A DNA stretch of 64,000 nucleotides, from IMG/VR virus record IMGVR_UViG_3300027565_000001; one strand, given 5' to 3'. The stretch is from a virus. The translations under genes and the position numbers were made by a program. Every line of letters begins with the position of its first letter. Position 1 is the first letter of the stretch. Under the pieces are notes generated by a model, which was not told the origin of the DNA, searched no databases, and saw only the letters and a list, made by a program, of their open reading frames with translations. Shown in pieces: positions 15,486 through 23,723 of the stretch.

Positions 15486-17497
15486 TTGCCCGCACATTCC
15501 TCGATGGGCGCGTTGTCCTTCACTGCGGGGATTGCTTGAATGTGCTCGCAACGTTACCCGAGGCGTCTGTGGACAGTGTCGTTTGCGACCCGCCTTATCA
15601 TCTGACCAGCATCGTCAACCGCTACAGCAAAACGAGCATGGAGCGAGAAGGATCGAATGAGAAACGTGCCCGTGAGCGCTCAGATGCCATGGGCAGATTG
15701 GTCGGCGGTTTTATGGGCAAACTATGGGATGGCGGCGATATCGCGGCGCGCATTGAGACGTGGGAAGCCGTGCTGCGTGTGCTCAAGCCGGGCGGTCATC
15801 TGATCGCCTTCTCTGGCACGCGCACCTATCACCGCATGGTGTGCGCCATCGAGGATGCCGGATTTGAGATCCGTGATCAAATCGGTTGGTGCTTCGGCTC
15901 AGGCTTTCCCAAGAGCCATGACGTGAGTAAGGGGATCGATCGTCAGGCAGGAGCGCAGCGCGACAAGATTGCCATCGGCGCTCCCGTGAAACGCATGATC
16001 CCGGGCGCAGATCAGAACGCGGATGGCAGTTGGACCAAAGACAATGGGCGCGTTTACCAGCCGGGAAAAGAACTGCCGGCAACGGCCGAGGCCGAACAGT
16101 GGAATGGCTGGGGCACAGCTCTAAAGCCAGCGTGGGAACCTATCGTACTCGCGCGCAAGCCGCTGACGACCAACCCAGTTGCAGTGCGTGATATTGTGGA
16201 GTGCGAGCTGCGGGCTCGTGGCGTGGAGGGCGTTATCGCATGGACAAGCAGTGCAAAAAATGCGGCGAGGTCAAGCCGCCTGAACTCTTCAAACCGAACC
16301 CAAGCGCCCGAAACGGGGGAAACATCTGCAAGGCATGTCGGCGCATCAGAGACGGCATGCACCGACGAGCAAATCCCGCACTGTACCGGGCCAGGATCAA
16401 CAAATGGATCGCCGCCAACCGTGAGCGAGCGCGGGAACTGCGCCGCCGCTCAGACCGCAAGCTCAAGGCGGAAGTCTTCGCTGCCTATGGGTCAGTCTGC
16501 GCCTGCTGCGGAGAGAGAGAGCCCGCATTCCTCACCCTTGACCACATCGGCGGAGGTGGCACCAAGCACCGAAAGCAGTTCCATCAAAAGGTCTATGCTG
16601 ATCTGCGACGACGAGGGTTCCCAGAAGGGTTCCAAATCCTTTGCTGGAATTGCAACTGGGCTCACAGACTCACGGGCAGTTGCCCACATCAGTCGGAACA
16701 GCGACGGAACCTTCGAGTGGCCTGACGATCTCCCGATTCACGTCCCGGCGCGGTCTCTGACCGTCGCAGAGAACGTCCTACAGCACGGTACCGGGGCGAT
16801 CAATGTGGACGGATGCAGGGTGGAGACTTCCGAAAGTCTGAATGGCGGCGCTTACGCACAGAACGGTGCGCGAGTGGCTATGGCGGGCGATGAGCGCACC
16901 GGAGCAGCGCTGGGCATGTTCCAGCCAGGGAAGACCACCGAGAAAGAATTCGCGCAGCCCGTCGGTCGCTGGCCCGCCAACATCGTCCACGACGGCTCAG
17001 AGGAAGTGCTGGCGGCGTTCCCAGATACCCAATCTGGCGTGCTTGCAGCCGGCACCATTCGCTCGACCGACAACCAAATATACGGAAAGGATTTGCGACG
17101 CGCCGGAGACCCAGCGACGTTTCGCGACGCGGGCGGCGACAGCGGTTCGGCCGCCCGCTTCTTCTACACCGCCAAAGCCGACGCCGAGGATCGCCTTGGC
17201 TCCAAGCACCCGACCGTCAAGCCGCTAGATCTCATGCAGTGGCTCGTGCGGCTCGTGACCCCGCGCAAGGGCATCGTGCTTGATCCATTCGCTGGCACGG
17301 GCACCACGGGCGAGGCCGCGTGGCGCGAAGGCATGAACGCCATATTGATCGAGCGCGAGGAAGAATACCAGGCGGACATCGCAAGGCGCATGGACCTGGC
17401 GACCCAACCCGAAAAGCGCGTGGCGGTTGCCAAGTCCAAGAACAAGACCGAATGCGTATCGGACCTGCCGCTGTTTGCCGGCTGCAAGACCTCATAA
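15482..17497 (+). CDS. beta-class N6-adenine/N4-cytosine DNA methyltransferase carrying a 198-codon insertion
   Basis: CDPPYHL (motif IV) comes early and DPFAGTGTTGEAA (motif I) late, with HPTVKP and RWPANIVHDG blocks. GTG at 15482 has GGAGG 4 nt upstream and a GTGA overlap with the previous stop. Insertion at 16163-16761 (see findings). Confidence 0.85.
   Translation: MIARTFLDGRVVLHCGDCLNVLATLPEASVDSVVCDPPYHLTSIVNRYSKTSMEREGSNEKRARERSDAMGRLVGGFMGKLWDGGDIAARIETWEAVLRVLKPGGHLIAFSGTRTYHRMVCAIEDAGFEIRDQIGWCFGSGFPKSHDVSKGIDRQAGAQRDKIAIGAPVKRMIPGADQNADGSWTKDNGRVYQPGKELPATAEAEQWNGWGTALKPAWEPIVLARKPLTTNPVAVRDIVECELRARGVEGVIAWTSSAKNAARSSRLNSSNRTQAPETGETSARHVGASETACTDEQIPHCTGPGSTNGSPPTVSERGNCAAAQTASSRRKSSLPMGQSAPAAERESPHSSPLTTSAEVAPSTESSSIKRSMLICDDEGSQKGSKSFAGIATGLTDSRAVAHISRNSDGTFEWPDDLPIHVPARSLTVAENVLQHGTGAINVDGCRVETSESLNGGAYAQNGARVAMAGDERTGAALGMFQPGKTTEKEFAQPVGRWPANIVHDGSEEVLAAFPDTQSGVLAAGTIRSTDNQIYGKDLRRAGDPATFRDAGGDSGSAARFFYTAKADAEDRLGSKHPTVKPLDLMQWLVRLVTPRKGIVLDPFAGTGTTGEAAWREGMNAILIEREEEYQADIARRMDLATQPEKRVAVAKSKNKTECVSDLPLFAGCKTS
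16240..16725 (+). CDS. HNH endonuclease (161 aa) nested out of frame inside the methyltransferase gene
   Basis: CKKCG...CKAC, CACCGE, LTLDHIGGGG..H and LCWNCNWAH motifs. Own GGAGGG RBS 9 nt upstream of the ATG. Confidence 0.8.
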   Translation: MDKQCKKCGEVKPPELFKPNPSARNGGNICKACRRIRDGMHRRANPALYRARINKWIAANRERARELRRRSDRKLKAEVFAAYGSVCACCGEREPAFLTLDHIGGGGTKHRKQFHQKVYADLRRRGFPEGFQILCWNCNWAHRLTGSCPHQSEQRRNLRVA

Positions 17498-17504
17498 CTG
17501 AAAA

Positions 17505-17533
17505 CCGCCACGCCGCTAAATGCGGCGGCACCC
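17505..17533 (+). repeat. GC-hairpin repeat, copy B
   Basis: ccgccacgccgc-taaa-tgcggcggcaccc, 7 nt after the methyltransferase stop. Confidence 0.85.
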
Positions 17534-17558
17534 AAACCCTACCCACCCCGGCCACCCC

Positions 17559-17765
17559 ATGAGCAAGCGCCGCCCTACCAAGTGTTCCTCCTGCGGAGCC
17601 AAGCTAGGCGAGGCAAGGATGGTAGTCCACGATGCGGATCCCACCAAACCTTCTGGGGATTACTGCAACTCGGCATGCCTTTTCGCTGCACGGGAGGCGG
17701 CAAATCGCGCTAAAGTGCTAGCCGACATCGAAACGATCATGCCGGTTGAAGGGATGCCCCGCTAA
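17559..17765 (+). CDS. small zinc-ribbon-like protein (68 aa)
   Basis: MSKRRPTKCSSCGAKLG...YCNSAC. The upstream 13 codons of the track ORF are the translation of hairpin copy B. Confidence 0.55.
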   Translation: MSKRRPTKCSSCGAKLGEARMVVHDADPTKPSGDYCNSACLFAAREAANRAKVLADIETIMPVEGMPR

Positions 17766-18199
17766 TGCCGAACATAGCCAATGCTCCCGACCGCGACCCC
17801 AACATCCTCATCGTTCCCATGGATCGCGGCCCCTCCCACGTCACTGAAACGCGTACCGTCATCGAGAAACGCGCCCCCACCGACGACAGCGTGCGCCTGC
17901 TGCGTGAGATGGAGGCCAAGGCGGAGGCGCGTATCCTTGAAAGCGTGCGCGTCGCCGATACGGTCTTTGAGTGCGTGGTGCACAGCTACCGCGACGTAGT
18001 CAACGACAAGATGGTCTACCGCGCCGTGGTCAAGCTCAACGGCCGCACCGTGACCGCGGAGCACGCGGTGTGGACGATGGACGCCAAGGACTTGCGGGCA
18101 GCATGGGAAGCGCTACGGGACAAGCTAGCCACGGCCATAGCCTCGGAGGTGCTCAAGGGGGCGTTCGCGGCGACCATGAGGGCTAGGAACCTCGGATAA
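17765..18199 (+). CDS. hypothetical protein (144 aa)
   Basis: TAATG start/stop overlap with the upstream gene. Confidence 0.6.
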   Translation: MPNIANAPDRDPNILIVPMDRGPSHVTETRTVIEKRAPTDDSVRLLREMEAKAEARILESVRVADTVFECVVHSYRDVVNDKMVYRAVVKLNGRTVTAEHAVWTMDAKDLRAAWEALRDKLATAIASEVLKGAFAATMRARNLG

Positions 18200-18286
18200 G
18201 GCGCCAGAAGGCTTCTTGCGGCGCCCTGGAGGGGGTCTGGGCGGCAGGGAAGGGGTTTTTGATACGGGGATATCGGAGAGGGGGCA

Positions 18287-19102
18287 ATGTCGGCGCTACA
18301 GAGGCGGCTGGACGAGAAGAAGGTTGGCTGGCTTTACGCAACTATGGATTGCGATCTGGGGACGTGCACGTATTGCGGGGGCATTGCGCAATGCATGGAT
18401 CATGTTCCTCCCCTGTCGCATGCCGCACGGATGTTGGACATTAGCAGAGATGAACTCATGAGCACGACACTTATGGTTGTGCCCAGTTGCTATGAGTGCA
18501 ATGGTCTGGCTGGTAGTTCCTATCAGGCGACGCTTTCGGAGCGTCGGGCGTACGTCAAGCGGCGTCTACGAGAGAAGTATCGCCAGCTGCTCTTGGTGCC
18601 CAAATGGTCAGAGGATGAGATTGCGGAACTTGGCTACCATCTGGCAACTGTAGTGAAGACGGCTGATTATAAATTCGAGTCAGTTCGCGAGCGTCTTGCC
18701 TTCAATCCTAATCGTGGAACGAGACCACGCCGCATCCACATCGTCATGCCAGCAAATCTCAGCATAACTCCTCAAGCGTTGGCGAAACGCAGGTGGGTGA
18801 CCGAACAGAAAGCAATAGACGCATACGTTGCTGCAAAGCTGGCGAAATCACTCCCCGACTATCGTGCAATTATAGCGAGGATGATTGCGGGAGGAAAAGT
18901 CCCTGACGTGCGGAACCAGCGCAGCTTGATCGCTTTTGCATCGTACGCAAGCCAGGCGCTGAAAGCGGTGCTTCACCCTGGCAAATATGATTGGGTGAAG
19001 TCAAATACAGTCCTTCCGAGGACAAACAGCTTAAACTGGCACAAGAAGAGGGATCGTGAGTATGAGGAGTTGATGCGAGACCGGAGAAGCGAAAAACCGT
19101 GA
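18287..19102 (+). CDS. HNH-like endonuclease (271 aa)
   Basis: CTYCGG...CMDHVPP...VVPSCYECN motif string. GC looks visibly lower than in the flanking genes. Confidence 0.7.
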   Translation: MSALQRRLDEKKVGWLYATMDCDLGTCTYCGGIAQCMDHVPPLSHAARMLDISRDELMSTTLMVVPSCYECNGLAGSSYQATLSERRAYVKRRLREKYRQLLLVPKWSEDEIAELGYHLATVVKTADYKFESVRERLAFNPNRGTRPRRIHIVMPANLSITPQALAKRRWVTEQKAIDAYVAAKLAKSLPDYRAIIARMIAGGKVPDVRNQRSLIAFASYASQALKAVLHPGKYDWVKSNTVLPRTNSLNWHKKRDREYEELMRDRRSEKP

Positions 19103-19374
19103 CGGTGCAACTACCTGAACTCAGCGCCATGATTGTCATCGGCTGTGCGGCCATCGCGTGTGCATTATCGCTCGTTGCGATACGCAAGGCCGAGCGAGCG
19201 TCAGACAAAGCCGCTAAGGCCATGTTGGCGGCACGTCAGGCCATGGGCGCCGCAATGGGATTGGCGCAATTTCTGCGAGTGGAACTCATTGAGTGTGGAT
19301 GCCCTTCCTGCATGGAAGATGATGAAGACGCGGCAGATATTGAGGATTTTCAGTCGGACGGAAAGCCACACTGA
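19099..19374 (+). CDS. membrane protein (91 aa)
   Basis: Hydrophobic helix AMIVIGCAAIACALSLVAI and an acidic C-terminus. ATGA-type overlap with the upstream gene. Confidence 0.55.
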   Translation: MTVQLPELSAMIVIGCAAIACALSLVAIRKAERASDKAAKAMLAARQAMGAAMGLAQFLRVELIECGCPSCMEDDEDAADIEDFQSDGKPH

Positions 19375-19376
19375 CG

Positions 19377-19577
19377 ATGGATCATCGAGCACAATCCGAT
19401 CTTGCCCAGGCACAAGCGATTACCGACGCCCTACCTGAGATCAGGATATTTTTCGATGACCTGAAGCGCGAAGGATCGATCTGGGGAGGACGTGGAGAGA
19501 CCGCCCGCTACATCGTCAGGCTGCTGGAAGGAGCTGCGGGACGGCTGCTGCTGCGCATACCCGAGGACGTGGCATGA
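19377..19577 (+). CDS. hypothetical protein (66 aa)
   Basis: ORF in operon context. Confidence 0.5.
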   Translation: MDHRAQSDLAQAQAITDALPEIRIFFDDLKREGSIWGGRGETARYIVRLLEGAAGRLLLRIPEDVA

Positions 19578-19996
19578 CCGAAGACGCCAACGCCACGATT
19601 ATCCCGCAGCCGCAACCAACGCAGATGGAACTGCCGGTTCCGGTTCCGATACCCACCAAGCCCTGCGCCGAGCCCGGCTGCACCGAGCCGATCCTCGCAG
19701 GCGCCCTCTGTGGCAAGCATTATCGTGCGGCACGGAGGTGGCGGCGGAAGATGTCCACTACAGAGCAGCGCAACCTGCTCAGCGCCTGCGTCGATGAATG
19801 CGGCATGATCTTCGATCAGAACGCCGATAATATATCCGCCCTGTGCACGGTACTGGGCTGGGAGAAACGCCGGGTGATCTCGGGGCTGTACGTCCTCCAG
19901 GAGGTGGGGTTGATACAGTGCGAGAGAAGGCGGGGGAAGTTGGCCCCCAGGCGCTGGACGATAATCGAGAGTGCGCAGACGGAGGCGATCGGATAA
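19574..19996 (+). CDS. Cys-box plus winged-helix-like protein (140 aa)
   Basis: CAEPGCTEPILAGALCGKHY zinc-finger-like box followed by a region that looks wHTH-like. Confidence 0.6.
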   Translation: MTEDANATIIPQPQPTQMELPVPVPIPTKPCAEPGCTEPILAGALCGKHYRAARRWRRKMSTTEQRNLLSACVDECGMIFDQNADNISALCTVLGWEKRRVISGLYVLQEVGLIQCERRRGKLAPRRWTIIESAQTEAIG

Positions 19997-20491
19997 TGCA
20001 ACCGTCCCATTGGGTCACCCTCCTGCTCATCGGCATCGCCGCCCTCATGTTGGCGTGCCTGTGATCAGCCCTGTGATCTGGCTCCCGCATTATTCCCAAG
20101 CTGGGGCATTGGGCGCTCGCATCGCGCTGGCAAGGTTCAAGCTTGGGCGATGGTGGCGCAGCCCCGCGATTATGCTCGGCATGGAAGCTATGGCCGTGCG
20201 CGCGCTGACCGCCTGCCTCCTGCTGCGCCCTGAATAGGGAACGCCGCAGGGCACCCAAATATCACAATCCCCACCCGCAAAGCTCAAGGCGATGTGGCGC
20301 AAAAGCCCTCCACAGCGACATATCGCGCACACTTGCGCTGATGCAACGCGAGGCCCACAATCGTCCCGCATACAACAAGAACTAAGCGGGGGTTGGAATG
20401 CTTGAAATGATGTGGGTTGTCGTGGTCATTGCGGGGTCGGTGGGGATTGGTACGATTATAGCCCTGGTGATGGGGGCCTGATTATCTCCAG

Positions 20492-20520
20492 TTGACATAA
20501 TCGGTTAACGCAATTATATT
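20492..20520 (+). promoter_or_regulatory. near-consensus sigma70 promoter giving a leaderless mRNA
   Basis: TTGACA (20492-20497), 17-nt spacer, TATATT (20515-20520). The ATG at 20528 is 7 nt after the -10 box. Confidence 0.6.
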
Positions 20521-20527
20521 AGTCGCC

Positions 20528-20713
20528 ATGGATAACCATGGCACGATTATGCTTGGCGGCAAGGTATCACCAGAACTTGCCCAACGGGTCAGGGCGCTTG
20601 CCGACCGCACCCGTAATCCTTATGCGCCAACCGTATCGCAGTTTGTGGCGCGAGGTGTGGAACTTGCGGTGCAGGAGTATGAGCGCAAGCGCGAGGCCGC
20701 CAATGGCCGTTAA
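20528..20713 (+). CDS. ribbon-helix-helix (CopG/Arc-like) DNA-binding protein (61 aa)
   Basis: GTIMLGGKVSPELAQRVRALADRT...SQFVARGVELAV fits a beta-strand/helix/helix RHH layout. Confidence 0.7.
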   Translation: MDNHGTIMLGGKVSPELAQRVRALADRTRNPYAPTVSQFVARGVELAVQEYERKREAANGR

Positions 20714-20873
20714 CTTCGCCGACTGGTGGCGCAAGCAGTATCCGAATGGGGTCGGTCCTCTTCGCCCCAATCCTTACGAGAACGTTTTTGAGCAAGAGAG
20801 ACTCCGCGAAGCGCACCGCAAGCGGATGCGCGAGCGCAAAGCGAAACGGGCCGCATTAACGCAGCCCAAGTAA
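20703..20873 (+). CDS. small basic protein (56 aa)
   Basis: The ATG at 20703 overlaps the RHH gene by 11 nt. MAVNFADWWRKQYPNG...RKRMRERKAKRAAL. Confidence 0.45.
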   Translation: MAVNFADWWRKQYPNGVGPLRPNPYENVFEQERLREAHRKRMRERKAKRAALTQPK

Positions 20874-20978
20874 CTCTTCCGTAGCGTCTGTCGCGTAAAC
20901 AAGTAGCCCGGGCAAGCGGCTCGTAACCGCCCCCGGGCTTTGTGCGTCCCACCTTCCAACCACGAAAGGATAGCCGCT

Positions 20979-22082
20979 ATGGCTATGTCTACCACTCTGC
21001 GCCCCAAGGGCGCAATCCGAAAACGCCTGTTGTTGTTGACAAGCTCGCGAGGCCAGCCAAGCTTCAGCGTACGCTTGGTCTATCTGACGTTGGGTGCGTT
21101 CTTTGCCCTCCTGACAACCAGAGTCTTGCTGTGGGAGGTCCACAGCGTCGCCGATCTCACCGTCGAGCATTACCTGACTATCGGCGCGATCATCGGTGCC
21201 ATCGCGTCGGGCGTCTACTTCAGTCACATGCTGCGCCAGTTCAAGTTCATCTCCGCGCTGGTGTTCGGCGTGGTGTGCTTGGCGGCGACCGCATACTGCC
21301 TGATCGGTTCCGCCGGCCGTAGCGATGAAATGGCATTCGAGCGCAACGCGGCGGCACGGCAGGTCAACAAGGAGCGGGAGCGCGCCTTGCGTGACCGGGA
21401 TGCAGCCAAACGTCGCTACGATACCGCCCTCGATGCCGAGACCGTAGAATGTGGGGGCGGTCAAGGTCCAAAGTGCATCAGCAAGCGTGCCACAACGCAG
21501 GATCGGCGCTTCGACCTTGAGGCCGCAGAACTGCTGCTGCAACGGACCAAGCCGGAGCAGCGCGAGAACGGCAAGCTGAAGCGGGCCGCCCAGGTGATCG
21601 CGCTATTCAGCAGCGCAACCGAGGAAGGGGCGGAGCGTGGATTGGCCATCCTGTGGCCGTTCCTGCCACCGTTCATCTGTGAGTTACTGACGATTTCCTT
21701 CCTACATCTGGGTTTCGGGCATCGTCCAGCCCCCCGGACGGTTGCGCGAACAGTTACGCCAACTGTTCCGGTAACTCCCGAAGTCCCACCGAGGCCATCC
21801 GAGCCCCTGGTAACGGTGCAGGCAACCATCCCTGCAGAATGGACGCCGGTTTCGGTGGAACGAGCGCGCGAGCTTGCCGGCCGCGCGGAGGCGGAAGGGG
21901 TATTCGATGCGCTGCGTAGCGTGCAGCCCAAGGCTGTGTCCAACGATGAATTGGCCGCCATGCTCAGCGTCAGCAAGGCGGAGTCCAGCCGGCGCGTCAG
22001 TGATCTGGTTCGGGTGGGTCTCGTCAGCCGGCAGCCCGCTGGCCGTTATGTGGCCATCAGCTTGCGGCCGTTGCTGCACTGA
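20979..22082 (+). CDS. multi-pass membrane protein with coiled-coil and C-terminal winged-helix domain (367 aa)
   Basis: GAAAGGA lies 8 nt upstream of the ATG at 20979. Hydrophobic helices, a coiled-coil with the Cys pair ECGGGQGPKC, a further helix pair, and C-terminal ...NDELAAMLSVSKAESSRRVSDLVRVGLVSRQPAGRY (MarR-like wHTH). Same architecture as 8516..9994. Confidence 0.7.
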   Translation: MAMSTTLRPKGAIRKRLLLLTSSRGQPSFSVRLVYLTLGAFFALLTTRVLLWEVHSVADLTVEHYLTIGAIIGAIASGVYFSHMLRQFKFISALVFGVVCLAATAYCLIGSAGRSDEMAFERNAAARQVNKERERALRDRDAAKRRYDTALDAETVECGGGQGPKCISKRATTQDRRFDLEAAELLLQRTKPEQRENGKLKRAAQVIALFSSATEEGAERGLAILWPFLPPFICELLTISFLHLGFGHRPAPRTVARTVTPTVPVTPEVPPRPSEPLVTVQATIPAEWTPVSVERARELAGRAEAEGVFDALRSVQPKAVSNDELAAMLSVSKAESSRRVSDLVRVGLVSRQPAGRYVAISLRPLLH

Positions 22083-22117
22083 GGAAACAGTTGGCGTAAC
22101 AGTTCAGGTAACGCAAA

Positions 22118-22142
22118 GGGGCGGCAGTCGAGTTGCCGCCCC
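22118..22142. terminator. hairpin between convergent genes (possible bidirectional terminator)
   Basis: GGGGCGGCA-gtcgagt-TGCCGCCCC abutting the stop codon of the minus-strand gene 22143..22337. Confidence 0.6.
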
Positions 22143-22337
22143 TTACTTCGAGGAAGGCGCGGCAGGAAACTCGCACGTGCTGTGGATCGCTCCACCGAAC
22201 GTGCTGGGAATCCAGTGCCCGTGCTGTTCAATGCATGCCACCTGGGCCGATTTTGGCTCTGACGTGTAAACCGCCGCGTAGGCTATGGCAGCACACATAC
22301 CAATGAATGCTACCGCTGCTGGCCATGCATAGTTCAC
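22143..22337 (-). CDS. small membrane protein (64 aa)
   Basis: N-terminal helix WPAAVAFIGMCAAIAYAAVY. Confidence 0.55.
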   Translation of the reverse strand: MNYAWPAAVAFIGMCAAIAYAAVYTSEPKSAQVACIEQHGHWIPSTFGGAIHSTCEFPAAPSSK

Positions 22338-22600
22338 GTTGCGGCCTCCTTTGGTGTCGGCCTGCGCATGGCGTCGATTGCCTTGTGCGCCATCCCCAGA
22401 TAAGCCGTCCAGATGGGTTGGGCGCGTGCCATGTCTGGTACATAGCCGAACGATCCAGGCACAGCGACGCGCTCGACTTCGCCACTTATGAACAGCGCGT
22501 TCGGATCATAATGCGCCGTGGCTGCCATTTCCTTCGCCAAGGCTTCGGCCAACGCCTGGACAGCCAAGCCCCGTGCCCACTCGTTGAGATCGATCTTCAC
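22334..22600 (-). CDS. hypothetical protein (88 aa)
   Basis: 4-nt overlaps with both neighbouring genes. Confidence 0.6.
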   Translation of the reverse strand: MKIDLNEWARGLAVQALAEALAKEMAATAHYDPNALFISGEVERVAVPGSFGYVPDMARAQPIWTAYLGMAHKAIDAMRRPTPKEAAT

Positions 22601-22953
22601 GTCGCATTCTCCTCATTCACCAGCACCGGGTCCAGGCTCTCCAACTCGGCGTCCTCGGCCAGTTCCGCCGTCGAAAAGGCCATGAACTTCGCCATGGCGT
22701 CCTCGGGGCTTGAAGCTTCAATGATGCGTGTCCCCGACATCGAGTAGAACACCTCGTAACGTGCCCAGGCCGAGGGCTTCTTCGGTGCGGGTTCGGTGTG
22801 GACGATCATGGGTTGGCCGCCTGCTTTCTTCTTCGCCCTTAGCCACTCGTCGTAGATTTCAAGCATCATGCCTTCCAAGCGTCCTATCGGAGAGCTGGCG
22901 CCAGACTTCACACGCTTATTCCAGTACCGGAAGAACTCTTGCAGGTTGGTCAT
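22597..22953 (-). CDS. hypothetical protein (118 aa)
   Basis: Start at MTNLQEFFRYWNK.... The upstream part of the 257-aa track ORF is Arg/Ser/Pro-rich and overlaps real genes in other frames. Confidence 0.6.
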   Translation of the reverse strand: MTNLQEFFRYWNKRVKSGASSPIGRLEGMMLEIYDEWLRAKKKAGGQPMIVHTEPAPKKPSAWARYEVFYSMSGTRIIEASSPEDAMAKFMAFSTAELAEDAELESLDPVLVNEENAT

Positions 22954-23171
22954 GACTGCCTGATCCCTCCATGCGCGGTTACCATGTTGGCCGTCTGCCG
23001 ACTGATGCCGTTCAAGTACGCGATCAGCTCGTCCCGCTCCCGGTTCAAGCGTGCCACCTCGTTCGCTGCCTTGTGGAGTAGGTCCGCTACGTCCCTGCGT
23101 GGGCTTGGGGTGGCGTCGCGGTGCTTTTGTTCTTCGGCCCTCAGGGCGGATTCGATGACGCTCATGCTCAT
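22950..23171 (-). CDS. coiled-coil protein (73 aa)
   Basis: MSMSVIESALRAEEQKHRD.... ATGA overlap with the upstream stop. Confidence 0.55.
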   Translation of the reverse strand: MSMSVIESALRAEEQKHRDATPSPRRDVADLLHKAANEVARLNRERDELIAYLNGISRQTANMVTAHGGIRQS

Positions 23172-23575
23172 GACTTGGCCTTTGGGATGGTATCGCACCA
23201 TTTTGCGAGCATGTGCGCGATGCCGCCGATCTTGTGCTCGTGCTTCGGCCCGAAGTCGCCGAGGGTGGCGCGGATATAGCGCATGACCTTGTCCTTATCG
23301 ATGCCATCGCGCACCGCGATACCATGATCGGCGAGCTTTCCGCCCTTGAAGAACAGACCTGAGAGTGCATTGCAAAATGGTCCGTGCATTGCCTGCTCGT
23401 CCTCGGTCAGGTCTTCCCACTTCGGCAGCAGTTCGCGATACCGACATGGGAAGGCCATATCGATGTCCGTGACCAACGGGGGCTGCGGCCCATTGAGGTC
23501 AATTGGCGTCTTCTCTGCTTCTTCGATCTGAGAAGAGAGATGTCGCAACTGCGCGCGCTGCTTTGCTCTTTTCAT
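23168..23575 (-). CDS. hypothetical protein (135 aa)
   Basis: Start at MKRAKQRAQL..., coupled (TGATG) to the small upstream membrane ORF. Confidence 0.6.
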   Translation of the reverse strand: MKRAKQRAQLRHLSSQIEEAEKTPIDLNGPQPPLVTDIDMAFPCRYRELLPKWEDLTEDEQAMHGPFCNALSGLFFKGGKLADHGIAVRDGIDKDKVMRYIRATLGDFGPKHEHKIGGIAHMLAKWCDTIPKAKS

Positions 23576-23718
23576 CACTGCCACCCGTGCTTTCTGCGGT
23601 TGTCGATCTCTTCGATGACCCAAACCACGGTAGTCACCGCAGCCGCAGTGAGAGCACCGATCACCAGGGCGTATACCCCGAAGATCGAGTAGAAGAAGAA
23701 GGCTTCAATGGCTCCCAC
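23575..23718 (-). CDS. possible small membrane protein (47 aa, GTG start)
   Basis: Hand translation VGAIEAFFFYSIFGVYALVIGALTAAAVTTVVWVIEEIDNRRKHGWQ. AGGGGA lies upstream. Below the track cut-off. Confidence 0.35.
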   Translation of the reverse strand: MGAIEAFFFYSIFGVYALVIGALTAAAVTTVVWVIEEIDNRRKHGWQ

Positions 23719-23723
23719 GACAC

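Noticed and set aside
16163-16761. A classical group I intron or an intein as the explanation for the methyltransferase insertion.
   Set aside because: - Intein: the HNH ORF is in a different frame from the methyltransferase, and no Cys/Ser...His-Asn junction residues are present.
- Group I intron: only about 100 nt lie outside the HNH ORF, too little for a catalytic core. No register within the CTGAC repeat gives both a U at the exon end and a G at the intron end.
- Splicing of another kind is not excluded (see the finding).
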